Shown: positions 26,846 to 41,699 of the stretch, piece after piece
How the letters are laid out: the number at the start of each line of letters is the position of its first letter
How positions within the stretch are numbered: position 1 is the first letter of the stretch
Assembly (NCBI GenBank): GCA_964016885.1
Contig: OZ024753.1
Coordinates: 42,470,001 to 42,534,000 of the forward strand
DNA length: 64,000 nt
Direction: 5' to 3'
DNA from: Eledone cirrhosa
Taxonomy: Eukaryota
Program-made: the position numbers and the translations under genes
Notes under the pieces: generated by a model
Database searches by the model: none
The model's input: only the letters and a program-made list of their open reading frames with translations
What the model was told of the DNA's origin: nothing

Positions 26846-27250
26846 CATATCCATTCACACACACACATTCATGCACACTTACACACACACACACACACAC
26901 ATACTCATTCACATTCATAGTCACTCACGTTCATACACACTCACACTTACGCATTCATACACATACATATTCACATACTCACATTCATACACACTCACAT
27001 ATACATATTTATACACACACACACACACATCCACCCATCTGCTACAGTCTAACGTCAGTACACACGTTGCTTAATGGTTAAAGTCTACGGAGTGGTAAGG
27101 TGGTGAGTTCGATTCTCGCAGTGTCTGGTGTCCTTAAGCAAGATCTTTTTTTATCTTTACCCCCAGAAGTTGCCACTGACAGATAGTATCAACAATAGAA
27201 AGACTAATGCGCCTTTAGTTCGGTCTCTTTCTTTATTACATCCCTTGACA

Positions 27251-27430
27251 TTTGGTCTCCTTGTATCACTGGTAGTAATCAGTTGTACCAGGCTCTTTGG
27301 TCTCCTTGTATCACTGGTAGTAATCAGTTGTACCAGGCTCTTTGGTCTCCTTGTATCACTGGTAGTAATCAGTTGTACCAGGCTCTTTGGTCTCCTTGTA
27401 TCACTGGTAGTAATCAGTTGTACCAGGCTC
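27251..27430. repeat. 45 bp tandem repeat, 4 identical copies
   Basis: TTTGGTCTCCTTGTATCACTGGTAGTAATCAGTTGTACCAGGCTC. Confidence 0.95.
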
Positions 27431-27611
27431 TCAACCTCACCCCCATTAGAGTGGTAGGAACGCCGTATCAAGATATACAGCGTATCTTGGCCATTTAAAC
27501 CTGGTGCAGCCCAGCACTCCCTATCTCTCTTTGTAGGCTTGGACACAGATGATTTCTTCTTGAGAGGGAGAGAGATACAGGGAGATAGATAGAGAGTGAG
27601 CGATATATATA

Positions 27612-27865
27612 TTATAGCATTTTAAGTGGGTCCGTCGAGCTGCGGATTATTGAGTCGGGTAGGATCGATATAGATCGAACCTTGAGCTGATCAGTGGGGA
27701 AACGCGCGTCACCTATCAATAAATGCAATGAAGGAATAATCAATCGTCCTTTTTATCCTTTCTATATATTACACTCTGTATAGCTCTACACATCACGGAA
27801 GTGAACCTAAACACCGAGTGCTCTCCCGGGTGAACCTGCAGTAACTCCTAGTTACACCCCCTGGA
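27612..27865 (+). mobile_element. Family N PLE pseudo-LTR-like element in (TA)n
   Basis: GAAACGCGCGTC at 27699-27710 (hammerhead 3' half with palindromic loop), AATAAA, CACTC-TGT..ACA-CC-GAGTG hairpin 27772-27820. Confidence 0.55.
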
Positions 27866-27875
27866 TATATATATA

Positions 27876-27964
27876 TAGGAACGAGTAGGACCCACTCTAC
27901 TACCCTAAGTATTGAGTACTTTGGTGCGTTATGGTCCACCTGGTTCCTTACCACATTTCCTTCG

Positions 27965-27967
<3 letters not shown>
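27876..27967 (+). mobile_element. Family A element with palindrome deleted
   Basis: GGAACGAGTAGGACCC fused to ACTCTACTACCC at ACCC microhomology. Confidence 0.85.
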
Positions 27968-28056
<89 letters not shown>

Positions 28057-28058
<2 letters not shown>

Positions 28059-28158
28059 CGTTTCTGAATTTGTTTAGCAAGATTCTTTATCTGAAATCGT
28101 GTGTTGAAAGCAACTGGTGCGTGTGTTTCTTATTGGCAACATGACCCTCCCAAAGTAT

Positions 28159-28166
<8 letters not shown>
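28057..28166 (+). repeat. Family C short dispersed repeat in (TA)n
   Basis: Matches 2088-2140; ends with the inverted 24-mer. Confidence 0.75.
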
Positions 28167-28189
<23 letters not shown>

Positions 28190-28332
28190 GCCATCAGGGC
28201 TTCCTGATATTTCTCCCGAATGAAACAGTTCTAGTCCTGTAGAAGCCATTTTTCTATTAAATATTTATACTCTGCTATGTATTGAGTACCTTACTTACTG
28301 TGGTTACCTCCGATTGAACCCGGGATAAACTT
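28190..28332 (+). mobile_element. Family B hammerhead element, core mutated (CTGAT-A)
   Basis: Near-identical to 18304-18443, G8 deleted. Confidence 0.85.
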
Positions 28333-28597
28333 ATCGACCCCCAGCTACTGGACTACTTGTTTATTTATCGATCTCAAAATGACAGGCGAGAGTTGACCTC
28401 TCTGTGAGATTTGAACTCACTGCACAGTGAACTAATTTCTCCCCGACGGTCCTACGGCCAGTTGACCGCCTTCTATTTCACATTTGGTCTTTCTTGTAAG
28501 ACAGTAAGCAGAGACCTACAGAACCATACTACACCCCACCACATCACTTCCATCACCTCAATTCTATCATCTTCAGCCAGACAAGCTATTTTATATT

Positions 28598-28786
28598 ATG
28601 TGGATTGCCAGTATCGGTAGAGAGTCGGACACCATGCTTTGAAGCATAGAGTTACGTCCCTTTACGATCTGAGTTCAAATCCCGCCGAGGTTAACTTTGC
28701 CTTTCATCCTTATGGGGTCGATAAAATAAAGTACCAGTAATACACTGGGTACTTTGCTGGCCTTGTGCCTAAAGTAGAAACAATTA
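28598..28786 (+). mobile_element. SINE family 1, full length
   Basis: Matches 16745-16932. Confidence 0.9.
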
Positions 28787-28927
28787 TATTATCGTATTTG
28801 TCTTTATAGCTATTCCTATAAATGTACCCTCCCCCCTCTCTCTATATATATATTTATGTCTATATATCTGTGTTATGTATTTACTCCTATAAATGTGCCT
28901 CTACATTTATATCTGTATATATATGTG

Positions 28928-29007
<80 letters not shown>

Positions 29008-29022
29008 ATATATATATATATA

Positions 29023-29158
29023 TAACGAAGGAAGTGTGGTAAGGAACCAGATGGACCATAACGCACCAGAGTACTCAATACTTAGGGTAGTAGAGTGGGT
29101 AATAGGAGAAAGTATGACCCCGACGGCAGAGCTCAAGCCGTTTCGACGGCTATTTCTG

Positions 29159-29161
<3 letters not shown>
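29023..29161 (-). mobile_element. Family A element, single arm
   Basis: Tail + one arm ending TTTCTGGAC; (TA)n flanks. Confidence 0.9.
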
Positions 29162-29225
<64 letters not shown>

Positions 29226-29249
29226 CCTATATATTTGCGTTTCTATATG

Positions 29250-29283
<34 letters not shown>

Positions 29284-29285
<2 letters not shown>

Positions 29286-29480
29286 GGAACCAGTAAGACC
29301 CCGACAGCTGAGCTCAAGCCGTTTCGACGGCTAATTCGACGGTTAATTTGAATTAGCCGTCGAAACGGCTTGAGCTCAGCTGTCGGGGTCTTACTGGTTC
29401 CTATTACCCACTCTACTACCTCAAGTATTGAGTACTTTGGTGCGTTATGGTCCACCTGGTTCCTTACCACATTTCCTTCG

Positions 29481-29483
<3 letters not shown>
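29284..29483 (+). mobile_element. Family A palindromic short element
   Basis: Same subfamily as 3625-3829 but different centre. Confidence 0.9.
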
Positions 29484-29551
<68 letters not shown>

Positions 29552-29606
29552 CCTAAATATTTGCGTCTGTATGTGTATGTGTGTGTCCTCTCTCTCTATA
29601 TATATG

Positions 29607-29699
<93 letters not shown>

Positions 29700-29706
29700 T
29701 ATATAT

Positions 29707-30112
<406 letters not shown>

Positions 30113-30408
30113 TGTATATATATGCGTGCGTGTGTATGTGTATATATTTGTTGGTCACATTCTTCAATTGGTTCTATACGCCCCCCCCCCCCCACATCCT
30201 TTGGACACCATTATATGGTGCCTTACAGTCTTCAACCTTCCCAAATCCCCCCCTCTCTATCTCTCCCTAATTGGTACACATGTATATAGATATCAGTGAA
30301 TGTGTGTGTGTGTATATGTCTATATTCATGTGTATGTGAGTGTGTGAGTGTGTGAATAAATGCATTTATATTATGTATATATACATGCGGATACTCTCAC
30401 ACACATAT

Positions 30409-30499
<91 letters not shown>

Positions 30500-30630
30500 A
30501 TTACGTATTCCCATGTGTGTGTGTGTGATTACGTATTCCCATGTGTGTGTGTGGTTTCCATTTTGAGAGGAGGCAAGGTTTATTGATAACAAAAGTCCCC
30601 CCTCTCTCTCTCTGTCACTCTCTTTCTCTC

Positions 30631-30692
<62 letters not shown>

Positions 30693-31564
30693 AAAACACA
30701 CACATACACAGACAGACACACAGACACTCGCATAGCCCATCAGTATACGTCACACAATAGCAGCCAGAATCGAGGACACAGCTGTTGTGAGTTGCTTCAT
30801 TGAAAGACACATACACGCACACAGTCAAAAACACACCACACCCTCACTCACCACACACACACACATACACACACGCTCACACACACACACACACACGCAC
30901 TCACAACCCATCCACACACACACTCACTAAACACAGCCCATCCACACAGACACACTAAACACATACAGAGACACACACACACATTACACAGAATCACAGC
31001 TCCCCCCACACACAGACAGTCACACAACAAAAGTCAGATCGTGACTGATTCAAGTAGCAAGATCTCTGTAACTATTTACATTCAGAAGAAACTACATGAA
31101 ACTCTATATTATATACACTCTAACACACACACACACACTCTCTAACACACACACACACACTCTCTAACACACACACACACACACACACTCTAACACACAC
31201 ACACACACACACAGAGACACTAACACACACACACACACACATATATATATAATGTTCTATGGAAAACATGACAGTATTCTTCTATCAAATAGTTTTTCTT
31301 CATATTTTAGTGTAAGTTCCTTACCGTTTGTTTGAGATATAGGGACACGGGGACATTCAGCTCCCGTGTTCACTGTCAATGGTCGGTCCTAACACGTTTC
31401 TAGCCCCACCTCACTTCCCACGAGGACCCCCCCCCCTCCGTGTCCTCAATCAATTTTTTTCTAACCCGTTTATACATCTTCAGGATGAAGTCACGTTGGT
31501 GTGAATATTTCATCCCATTCAACTTGTTCAACAATAGCAACAACAGCAACAACAATTACATGAA

Positions 31565-31766
31565 TAATTGTTTCTACTTTTGGCACAAGGCCAGCAATTA
31601 CCCACAGTGCATTACTGATACTTTATTTTATCGACCCCCCCCCCCCGTAAGGATGAAAGGCAAAGTTAACCTCGGCGGGATTTGAGTTCAGATCATAAAG
31701 AGCCGTAACTCTATGCTGCAAAGCATGGCGTCCGACCCTCTACCGATACTGCCAATCCACCGCCCC
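31565..31766 (-). mobile_element. SINE family 1, full length
   Basis: Reverse complement match. Confidence 0.9.
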
Positions 31767-31819
31767 TGAATAATGTGACTAAAACAGATATAAAGTAGCT
31801 CATGTTTCTATTAATGATG

Positions 31820-32040
31820 GGGCCTTGGATTGGCAGAGTCGGTAGAGCACCGGACACCATGCTTTGTGCCATATAATTACGTCTTTTTACGTCCTAAGTT
31901 CAAATCCCGCTGAGGTTAGCTTTGCCTTCCATCTTTACGGGATCGATAATATAAAATACCAGTAATGCACTTGGGTCGATTTAATCAACTTTCCCCTCCC
32001 CCAAAATTGTTGACCTTGTGCCTAAATCAGAAACCATTAT
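31820..32040 (+). mobile_element. SINE family 1, older variant, head-to-head with the previous copy
   Basis: TGGCAGAGTCGG A-box, GTTCAAATCC, core. Confidence 0.85.
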
Positions 32041-32742
32041 TGTAGGCTGTTAAGCATCTGTTTCAGGGTAGATTTCTCAGACTTTTACCAAATAGATATA
32101 CATGTGCATTAGGAAACATATTAACCCTTTTCATAGCAGCTTGGCCAAATCTGGCCGTGGTTTCCCGAAACAAAACCACCCATTTTATTAGGTTCAACAT
32201 AATGTAATATAAAATACAATTTAAGTTATATTACAGATACTATCATAGTAAATCCCTTAACATTTTCTTGGATAATATCAGTTTCGTGGAAATGAGGTGG
32301 GGGCTTCTTGCATGCATGGGTGATTGCTGGCCATCTACAAAAACAAACAACACCCTGCTCTGGCTTGTACTTCGAAAGGGGACAAACCCCATAGTCAGTC
32401 AGATATGGTTACAAAACCTATAGTCCTATGATCAGCCATGACCCAACCCTTTCCTTCCCGATAGAATTTCACAGAAGATATTTGCTGACTGAGCAGAATA
32501 TTTGATGTGAGTGAAGTATTTAGAAATCTTCTCACAGACAGAAATTAGCAGATAAAAGAACTGCCTCATTATTTCCCATCTTAGCGGAAATATTTGATTC
32601 CACTCAAAGATATAGAATAGTAAATGGTAACCTGGTAGTAAACATCTGTTTTGTAGGAACAAATCTCACTTGATTCTGGTTTGGTTTGTTGAGAGAGAGA
32701 GAGAGATGAGAGAGATGTATGTGTGAGAGAGACGTGAGAGTG

Positions 32743-32793
<51 letters not shown>

Positions 32794-33109
32794 GAAAGTT
32801 AAAGGAACAATGGTACATAGTACTTTTCTATGTTTTCAATATATTATTTGTTGGGGAGAAATATGTCCTAAATTACTTTTTTTGCGAAAATGTTATTACA
32901 AGAAACGGAAATAGCAGAAACTTGTTAATGAACCAAATTTCTACAAGGTCATCTAGTAAAAGGTCACTCACGTGATTATTAATGAAACTATACTTCATGA
33001 TTGTATGATTGATAAAATATGTTTTGCTAACAGGCTTATGTTGTACGCTTCACACTTAGTTTGATATTTCTATCTAGGCAGAACCAGCGCCTGGTTATTT
33101 CGCAACCTT

Positions 33110-33490
33110 CGCTAGCCCTACAATGTGTGCCTGGGTATTTAACATCCTAAGCTAGCTCTACAATGTGTTCCTGGGTATTTAGCGCTTTTGATTAGCTCTA
33201 TAATGTGCCTGGGTACTTAGCACCATAAGCTAGCTTTATAATGTATGCCTAAGCATTTAGCACCCTAAACTAGCTCGACAATATGTGCCGGGGTATTTAG
33301 CACCTTAAACTAGCTCGACAATGTGTGCCAGGGTATTTAGCGACTTAAACTAGCTCTACAATGGATGTCTGGGTATTTAGTACCCTAGACTAGCTCTACA
33401 ATGTATGCTTTGGGTATTTAGCACCCTAGACTAGCTCTACAATGTATGCTTTGGGTATTTAGCACCCTAGACTAGCTCTACAATGTGTTC
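33110..33490. repeat. Degenerate ~39-40 bp tandem repeat
   Basis: CTAGCTCTACAATG...GGGTATTTAGCACCCTA units. Confidence 0.85.
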
Positions 33491-34449
33491 TCCTTTGTTC
33501 CAACTAAACTAGTTTCAATTTACAGTTTGGTGAGCTGAGAAACTAGTTTTTAACAATACCTTGCGCTGACCACACTAAGAAAATAATTAAGTCTGTCAGA
33601 ATGAAGTCATTAACTCTTAAAGTCATCTACCATATGAAACCACAAGACATTATTGAAAAGTATAAAACAACCCTATGACTGCATCTCATTAAATATTAAA
33701 GTTTTTAACTTTAATACTGTAAATTGTCTTAGCGATTCCTCCACTAATTAAGATACTATAAACATTTGAATTAACTAATCTGTTCATGGACATTTTCTGC
33801 TAAATCGTTACGAGATGTTAAGAGTTATATATTTTTTAGTCGCCGTTAAGTAACTGTAGTTAGTCAATAATCCAGAAAATCACTGGATTGACCCTGACAG
33901 TATTACAGGTACTCATTTTATCGACTGTGTAGAGAAGAAAAGTGTCAGTGAGAAATCAAATTTGAAATGTTATGTTGCTGGGAATGATGTGCTGTCCGTT
34001 GATATACGAGCTGACCCCTACACCACTACATTTAACCTCTCCCATCTAAGATGGCGTCGAAAGAGCAGTAAAATGAAACAGCTTCCTGTGAACACTGATT
34101 GAAGTTGACTACAGCTCCAAACACTCACACACTTGATTTATAAGAAACTGTTGGATAATACTCACTGACGGCTTGACCCAAGCTAAGGGTTAGAAGTCAG
34201 GAAATTAGAATTAAGCTCTGCTTCAGCTGTAATTTATCGTTTTTTTTCTTCTCTCTGCCTCATCCTCTCTCTCTCTCGCTCTCTTTCTCTTTTTGGCTTC
34301 CATTGAACATTGGAAGGTTCTAACAGTTGGTAAGATAAAAAGAAAAATGTCTTCGGCAAGCCTGAAAGCATCTGAGAAATACTGTATTCCTCTTGTATTT
34401 CTTTGCTTATAAAGAGAACACCATTCTACTATTATATGAACTGTTGGTC

Positions 34450-34500
<51 letters not shown>

Positions 34501-35799
34501 TAGAGGGACGGATAGAGGGAGAGAGATAGAGAGAGACAGATAGAGTGATAGAGATAGAGGGAGAGAGAGAGAGAGAGGGATAGAGTGATAGCGAGAGAGA
34601 GAGAGAGCGATAGAGAGACGGATATAGGGAAAGAGATAGAGACAGATAGAGAGTGAGACATAGATAGAGATCGATAGATAGAGAGAGATAGATAGAGAGA
34701 GACTGGTACGTACAAACAAAACATACCCCACCAAAAAAAACAACCAAACCAAACAAAACAAGAAAGAATTAAACATTAACTGTGAGATGTAATAGTGTTA
34801 AGAGAATACTTCTGTTTAAAGTGATCGATATCCAATAATATGAACGGAATCAGTAAATAACCGACAGCGACTTTGTCTCTCTCTCTCATTAGAGATTCGA
34901 TTATTTATTTTCATTGATTTATTGATTGGCCTACTGATAATTATTAATTAAATATCTTCTTTTTATCTTATTGACACTCACCAGATAAAAAAATATAGAG
35001 TTGAAGAATATCGGTAAAAATATTAAGATTGGAATGAAGTAGTTTTTCCAAGCAAATATCACTAATATTATATGTTTTATGTTGCTGTGTGTGTGTGTGT
35101 GTGTGGTTTATATTTGATTGTGGGTGTGTGTGCTTGTGTGTGTGTGGTTCATGTTTTTGTGTGTGTGGTTTATATTTGATTGTGGGTGTGTGTGCTTGTG
35201 TGTGTGTGGTTCATGTTTTTGTGTGTGTGGTTTATATTTGATTGTGTGCGTGTGTCTGTGTGTGTGTTCATGTTTGTAATGCACGCACACTTTGTAATAT
35301 GTATGTGTATGTATTATGTAATATGTCTGTGCGTGTGTGTGTGTCTGTGCGTGTGTGTGTATTATGTGATATATGTGTGTGTGTGTCTGTTAATGTTTGT
35401 GATTTGAGATTTTCTTCCTCATTACAGTCAACTCAGGATGGTAAACATGGGCTGAGTGCTTTCATTTCAAAGTTTGTGTGTGTGTGTGTGTGTGTGAGTG
35501 TGTGTGTGTGTGTGAGTGTGTCTGTGACTATTTGTGTGTGCGAGAAAGAGAGGGAGAGAGAATAAGAAATAGTATATGAAACGATTTGTATTTTATCATC
35601 TCTAGCATACTTAAACTCCATCTTGTAATGATTTAGCAGAAAAATCTTTACAAAAAATAGGTTTGTTATTTCAAATGTTTATCATGTATTTACTATTAGA
35701 CAGATTGTTGTGAACATTTGCTGCAGTATTAAAGACTTTATTATTTAATGTGATATGGAAGTTAAGGGCTGAAACACTCGCTTAAGGGGGTGGGGTTCA

Positions 35800-36220
35800 T
35801 CTCTGAAGACCTTCTGCTGTCCAGCTCTCTTTAGAGTTTCTTCTCTGAAGACCTTCTGCTGTCCAGCTCTCTTGAGAGTTTCTTCTCTGAAGACCTTCTG
35901 CTGTCTAGCTCTCTTTAGAGTTTCTTCTCTGAAGACCTTCTGCTGTCCAGCTCTCTTGAGAGTTTCTTCTCTGAAGACCTTCTGCTGTCTAGCTCTCTTT
36001 AGAGTTTCTTCTCTGAAGACCTTCTGCTGTCCAGCTCTCTTGAGAGTTTCTTCTCTGAAGACCTTCTGCTGTCTAGCTCTCTTTAGAGTTTCTTCTCTGA
36101 AGACCTTCTGCTGTCCAGCTCTCTTGAGAGTTTCTTCTCTGAAAACCTTCTGCTGTCTAGCTCTCTTTAGAGTTTCTTCTCTGAAGACCTTCTGCTGTCT
36201 AGCTCTCTTGAGAGTTTCTT
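35800..36220. repeat. 42 bp minisatellite, 10 copies with 84 bp alternation
   Basis: TCTCTGAAGACCTTCTGCTGTC(C/T)AGCTCTCTT(T/G)AGAGTTTCT. Confidence 0.95.
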
Positions 36221-36954
36221 ACAATGAAAATTATTTAGACAGATTATTGAATAGAATCTTTGAAAATAGATTATAGTTTGAGAATAAAGAGTTCCTTGTT
36301 TGAAAGTAACTGGGAGTCACTGATCCCTTAACTTCTTATGGAGTCGTAGAGGTGCCTTCTTTTGGCATTTTAAACCTCGTGGCTCCTATCCCTCAACCGA
36401 TTTCTCTCTCCCCCCCCCTCTCTCTCTCTATCTCTCTCTCGGTATATATATATATATATATATATCGAGAGAGAGAGAGAGAGAGAACGAGAGAGGTATC
36501 AACCTCAGAACTGTATTCGGATTTTATTTATCAACCTCGAAAGGTTGAAAGTCAAATTTGGTTAGGGCGGGATTAGAACTCAGTGTGCAGAGAGCCGATG
36601 CTAACACCAACGAATCTGTGTCAGTTCCTCTTCGTGGTCAAAATAAAAAATACATTACTGTGGTCAAAATGGCCACAGACACTCACTGCAATAGTCACCG
36701 TTTTTCGAAGTAAAATTTTTATGTGACTTAAATTACGCTATGACGTAACATTTGTAATTCTGTGCTAGACTCATTGGAGGACTACTATGTGAAATTAATT
36801 AATTAATTAATAATTAACAGTGATTAATGTCTAAACAATGGAGTCTCTTCCCAGCAATCCTTCCATTTGCTCATCACTGTAGACACAGATAATTGATAAT
36901 TATAGAAAAAGCTGGATTGGTGCGAGTGGACACTCTTTACAGATTCTCTTTATG

Positions 36955-37075
36955 AAAGCGTATGGCTTGCAGTTAAAGTGTTCGGCTTACAACCATCAGG
37001 TTGTCAGTTTGATTCTCTGCGGTACGTTGCATCCTTGAACAAGATACTTTATTTCACGTTGCTCCAGTCCATTGT
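36955..37075 (+). mobile_element. SINE family 2 head
   Basis: Degenerate A/B boxes + CTTGAACAAGATACTTTATTTCACGTTGCTCCAGTCCA. Confidence 0.65.
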
Positions 37076-37164
37076 GTCCACTTTAATTGACTCATTTGTT
37101 TTCAGTTAAGTGGAATGGAATCACTCAACTGAAAAAAATGAGATGTACCTGAAATAACCCACCT

Positions 37165-37960
37165 ACAGTTGAAATCCCCCTCACAACAGTTGAAATCACC
37201 TTCACAACAGTTGAAATCACCCACACAACAGTTGAAATCACCCACCCAACAGTTGAAATCACCCACACAACAGTTGAAATCACCTTCACAACAGTTGAAA
37301 TCACCCACCCAACAGTTGAAATCACCCACACAACAGTTGAAATCCCCCTCACAACAGTTGAAATCACCTTCACAACAGTTGAAATCACCCACACAACAGT
37401 TGAAATCACCCACCCAACAGTTGAAATCACCCACACAACAGTTGAAATCACCCACACAACAGTTGAAATCCCCCTCACAACAGTTGAAATCACCTTCACA
37501 ACAGTTGAAATCACCCACACAACAGTTGAAATCACCCACCCAACAGTTGAAATCACCCACCCAACAGTTGAAATCACCCACACAACAGTTGAAATCCCCC
37601 TCACAACAGTTGAAATCACCTTCACAACAGTTGAAATCACTCACACAACAGTTGAAATCACCCACCCAACAGTTGAAATCACCCACACAACAGTTGAAAT
37701 CACCTTCACAACAGTTGAAATCACCCACCCAACAGTTGAAATCACCCACACAACAGTTGAAATCCCCCACACAACAGTTGAAATCACCTTCACAACAGTT
37801 GAAATCACCTACACAACAGTTGAAATCACCCACCCAACAGTTGAAATCACCCACACAACAGTTGAAATCACCCACCCAACAGTTGAAATCACCCACACAA
37901 CAGTTGAAATCACCCTCACAACAGTTGAAATCACCCTCACAACAGTTGGTATCACCCACC
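37165..37960. repeat. 21 bp minisatellite, about 38 copies
   Basis: ACAGTTGAAATCACCCACACA. Confidence 0.95.
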
Positions 37961-39050
37961 ATGGGGTGATATTGCCCAGGCTGGGAGTCCCTGATCCCCC
38001 CTCCCCAGCCTCCCTCCTTAACTCCTCGCCCCTCTACTATAAACAGTAGAGTTAAGCTAAGTTTATTACTTATGCTGTTCACATCGTCTTCTCTATTTTC
38101 TCGCCTTTCCACTCGATCAAACCTTCACTTAACTCTTCACTAAACAACCTTTTCCTCTCTGTCTATATGTGTGTGTATGTGTGTGTCTATGTGTGTGTGT
38201 GTGTGTCTATGTGTGTGCGTGTTTGTCTATATGTGTGTGTGTGGTGTATGCTTTTGTGTGTGTCTGTGTGTGGTGTTGATATTTCACCTGCACGCCTGTC
38301 TCCTCTTCACCACCACAACCACCACCAACCACACCATCCACACCACCAACACTACAAACACCAGCATCACGACGACGACCACCATCTACACCACTACTAA
38401 CACCACCACCACCACTACCACCACCACCACTACTAACACCACCACCACCACCACCACCACTACCACCACCACCACCACCACCATTACCACCACCACCACC
38501 ACCTTCACAACTTTCACAGTTTCACAAAACTATCGTCTGTTTTTCACAGATCATATTTCCTTTCTTCCATTTTCCTTTACTACTACAACAATCTCTATTA
38601 TATCATTTACCCCCTTCTACTCCTTATCCCCCCTTACCCCCCCCCCCCCTTATCCCCCCTATCCCCCCTCATACCCCCCCCCCCTCCATCCTTTCTTATT
38701 CACATTGAAATTATTAATATTCCTGTGTAGTTTTCTCCGTTTTTCTGTTGACTAATTTCTTATCAAATTTAACTATCTCTTTCTGCAAACTGACTCCCTC
38801 CTTTCCTCTCTCCCTCCTTCCTCTCACTCTACTTTCCACCCTCTCCCCCTTCCTTCTCCTTCTCCCTCTCATTCTACCCCTCTCCCTCTCTCCATTCCTT
38901 CCAGCCATCTTCACATCTTCACATCATCACATCTTCACATCTTTTCATCTTTTTTTTTTTATATATTTTATTTTCCTCACTGATTTATTTATAGTTTTGC
39001 CTTTTCCTCTTGTATTAAAGCCACAATTTTTTTTCATATCAACAGCCATT

Positions 39051-39120
<70 letters not shown>

Positions 39121-39572
39121 CATACTCTGTCTTGTCTCTCTCTCTTTGCCTCTAATTGTCTGTCTGTCTGTCTCTCTATATATGTGTATATATATATACA
39201 CATATGTGTGTAAATATATAAGTATATACGTATGTGTGTAAATATATATATATATATACAATATATACACACATGTATGTGTGTATACGTATATATACAC
39301 ACACACCTATATATATATATATATATAGTGATATACACAAAGGTGTTATCTCTGTGAAATAATCCCATCTATGTAGACTTTCCAACTCTATTTCTATTTC
39401 TGATATCAGCTTACTTCCTCCCTTTATTCCACACACACACACACACACACACTCACTCCTACACACACACACACTCCTACACACACACACACACACTTAC
39501 ATTTTCATTCACACCTACACTTACACAGATACCGACAAATACACAAACAATTTAGTTCCCACTCTACTCGAC

Positions 39573-39635
<63 letters not shown>

Positions 39636-39680
39636 CTTCCACCACCTCCCCTCTTCACCTCTATTATCATTATTATTATT

Positions 39681-39780
39681 CGAGGTTAACTTTGCCTTTC
39701 ATCCTTACGGGGTCGATAAAATAAAGTACCAGTAATGTACTGGGTAATTGCTGGCCTTGTGCCTAAAGTAGAAACAATTA
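39681..39780 (+). mobile_element. SINE family 1, 3' half
   Basis: Core and tail. Confidence 0.85.
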
Positions 39781-39791
39781 TTATTATTATT

Positions 39792-40446
39792 GTTCTTTGA
39801 GTCTCAGTCATTGATGTTAGTTAACTGGAAAGTTTGTTGAAATGAATACCTGCAGCCTCAGATATTCAGGACGTATCGGAGAGTTCTTGCTGTTCCCAGC
39901 AAGCATGCCTTTTGAAATGTTCCAAAAAGCGGGGCTGGACTAATTTTCTTTAACCATCCTTGGAAACTCTTTGAGATAGTACCTAGTGCGCCTATGACAA
40001 TCGGGACGACTCTGACTTCATGGCAGTTCCAAATCCTTTTTACCCCCCACTTTAAGTCCTGGTATCGTTTAATTTTCTCCCTCTCCTTTTCTTGCACTCT
40101 CGTGTCAAATGGGCAGGCCACATCCACAATCAGGCACAATCTTTTTTCCTTGTCCAAAACCACCAGGTCAGGTCTATTGTGTTCCAGTTTCTTGTCCGTC
40201 TGTATCCTAAAACCCCACAGCACCTTCACCTGATCGTTTTCTATCACCGACTCTGGCTTATGCTCATACCACTTCTCAGAATGTGGTAAATTGTTTATAT
40301 TGCATAGGTGCCAGTGGATCACCCTGCCCATCACATCATGTTTCCAGCCTTTATAGTGAGTCTGGGCTAGGTGTTTACACTCGGATACAATGTGAGCCAC
40401 AGTCTCTCTCTCCACAGATCCTACACAGTCGGCTAGCCTCATCCTT
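39792..40446 (-). mobile_element. 5'-truncated R4/Dong-type non-LTR retrotransposon (zinc knuckle + restriction-like endonuclease)
   Basis: ORF 39858-40442: C..ETVAHIVSEC, KHD, NRPDLVVLDK..IVDVACP..EKIKRYQDL, VPIVIGALG; (TAA)n on both sides. Confidence 0.85.
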
Positions 40447-40460
40447 TATTATTATTATTA

Positions 40461-40501
<41 letters not shown>

Positions 40502-40907
40502 GTCCTCAGGTTATGCAACTTAGATGCTACATTTTCCAAGTTATATATTTTCTGATCCTCAAAAGGATGTTTATTTTATTTATCAAAGTTCTTTTAAGGT
40601 GATGTTCCATGGGATTTTGTTTGTGAAATGTTTCCCGTCCTTGATCAAGCTAAATCCTTCGATCAATTATTGATATATTTTGGGAGGGTCATCTCCCATA
40701 TTATAGAGATCTCAATCTGAAAGCTCAGTCCTCAGTTTCTTTCATATTTCCTCAGTTTTTCCTCTGAACTTAACTTCTGTATTGCAATATCCGTTGCTAT
40801 TGTCTTATCAACCGACATACAGCTTTTATCTTTACCCTTGTTTCCTCTCATCCGATGAACTTGTTAGAGCGTCACGCAGCATCCTTATCAGCTTATCAGT
40901 AGTTCTT

Positions 40908-41060
40908 TATGATCTGAGTTCAAATCCCGCCGAGGTTAGCTTTGCCTTTCATCCTTAAGGGGTCGATAAAATAAAGTACCAGTAATATACTGGGGTTGAT
41001 TTAATAGACTTTTCCACTTTCCCAAAAATTGCTGGCCTTCTGCCTAAATTAGAAACCATT
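40908..41060 (+). mobile_element. SINE family 1, 5'-truncated
   Basis: B-box, core, tail. Confidence 0.85.
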
Positions 41061-41270
41061 CTTGTTCTTTTTCTTTTTCTTTTTCTATTTCTTTTTCTTC
41101 TTCTCATCTACAACTCCCCTCGGCGTGTGTTTGTCAGCGCCGTAAATTACATCCATGTACATCAGATTGAGATCTCTCTCATGTCATTATTTGACGAGGG
41201 AAAAATGTGACTGCAATTAAATAAATAAATAAAATAAACAAACAAACAAACAAACAAATAGATACATGAA

Positions 41271-41301
<31 letters not shown>

Positions 41302-41699
41302 ATATTACAAACAGAAGAAGAAAAAGAAGGAAAAAGTGTGTCGTTCATTACGGTTTACAAAATAGTTCATTGGTAGCACTAGTACACTTAGTTTTCTCTC
41401 CTACACTGTGACATTTGTTGATTTTTGTGTTGTAATGATGACGATATAACCAGCTGGATGTCTGCTGATACATTCTTGGAAACAAACTTCAACAACAATG
41501 ACAATGACAAGCTATTGAAACTGTCCACTAGAATAGGAACTAAAGATTTAGTCGTAGAATGTTAGTGAAGTAGATACTGACATTTTCACAACGGTTAGTA
41601 CGCCTTAACATTTCACACACTACAGACACAAAACTAGAAATAACAACAGCAGATCATTTTCTCTTCTACGAGTGCACCCGTGCTGTTAAGAAAGCTTTC

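Noticed and set aside
37102-38112. 336 aa Cys-rich and 266 aa QQLKSP ORFs
   Set aside because: By-product of a 21 bp minisatellite open in several frames on both strands
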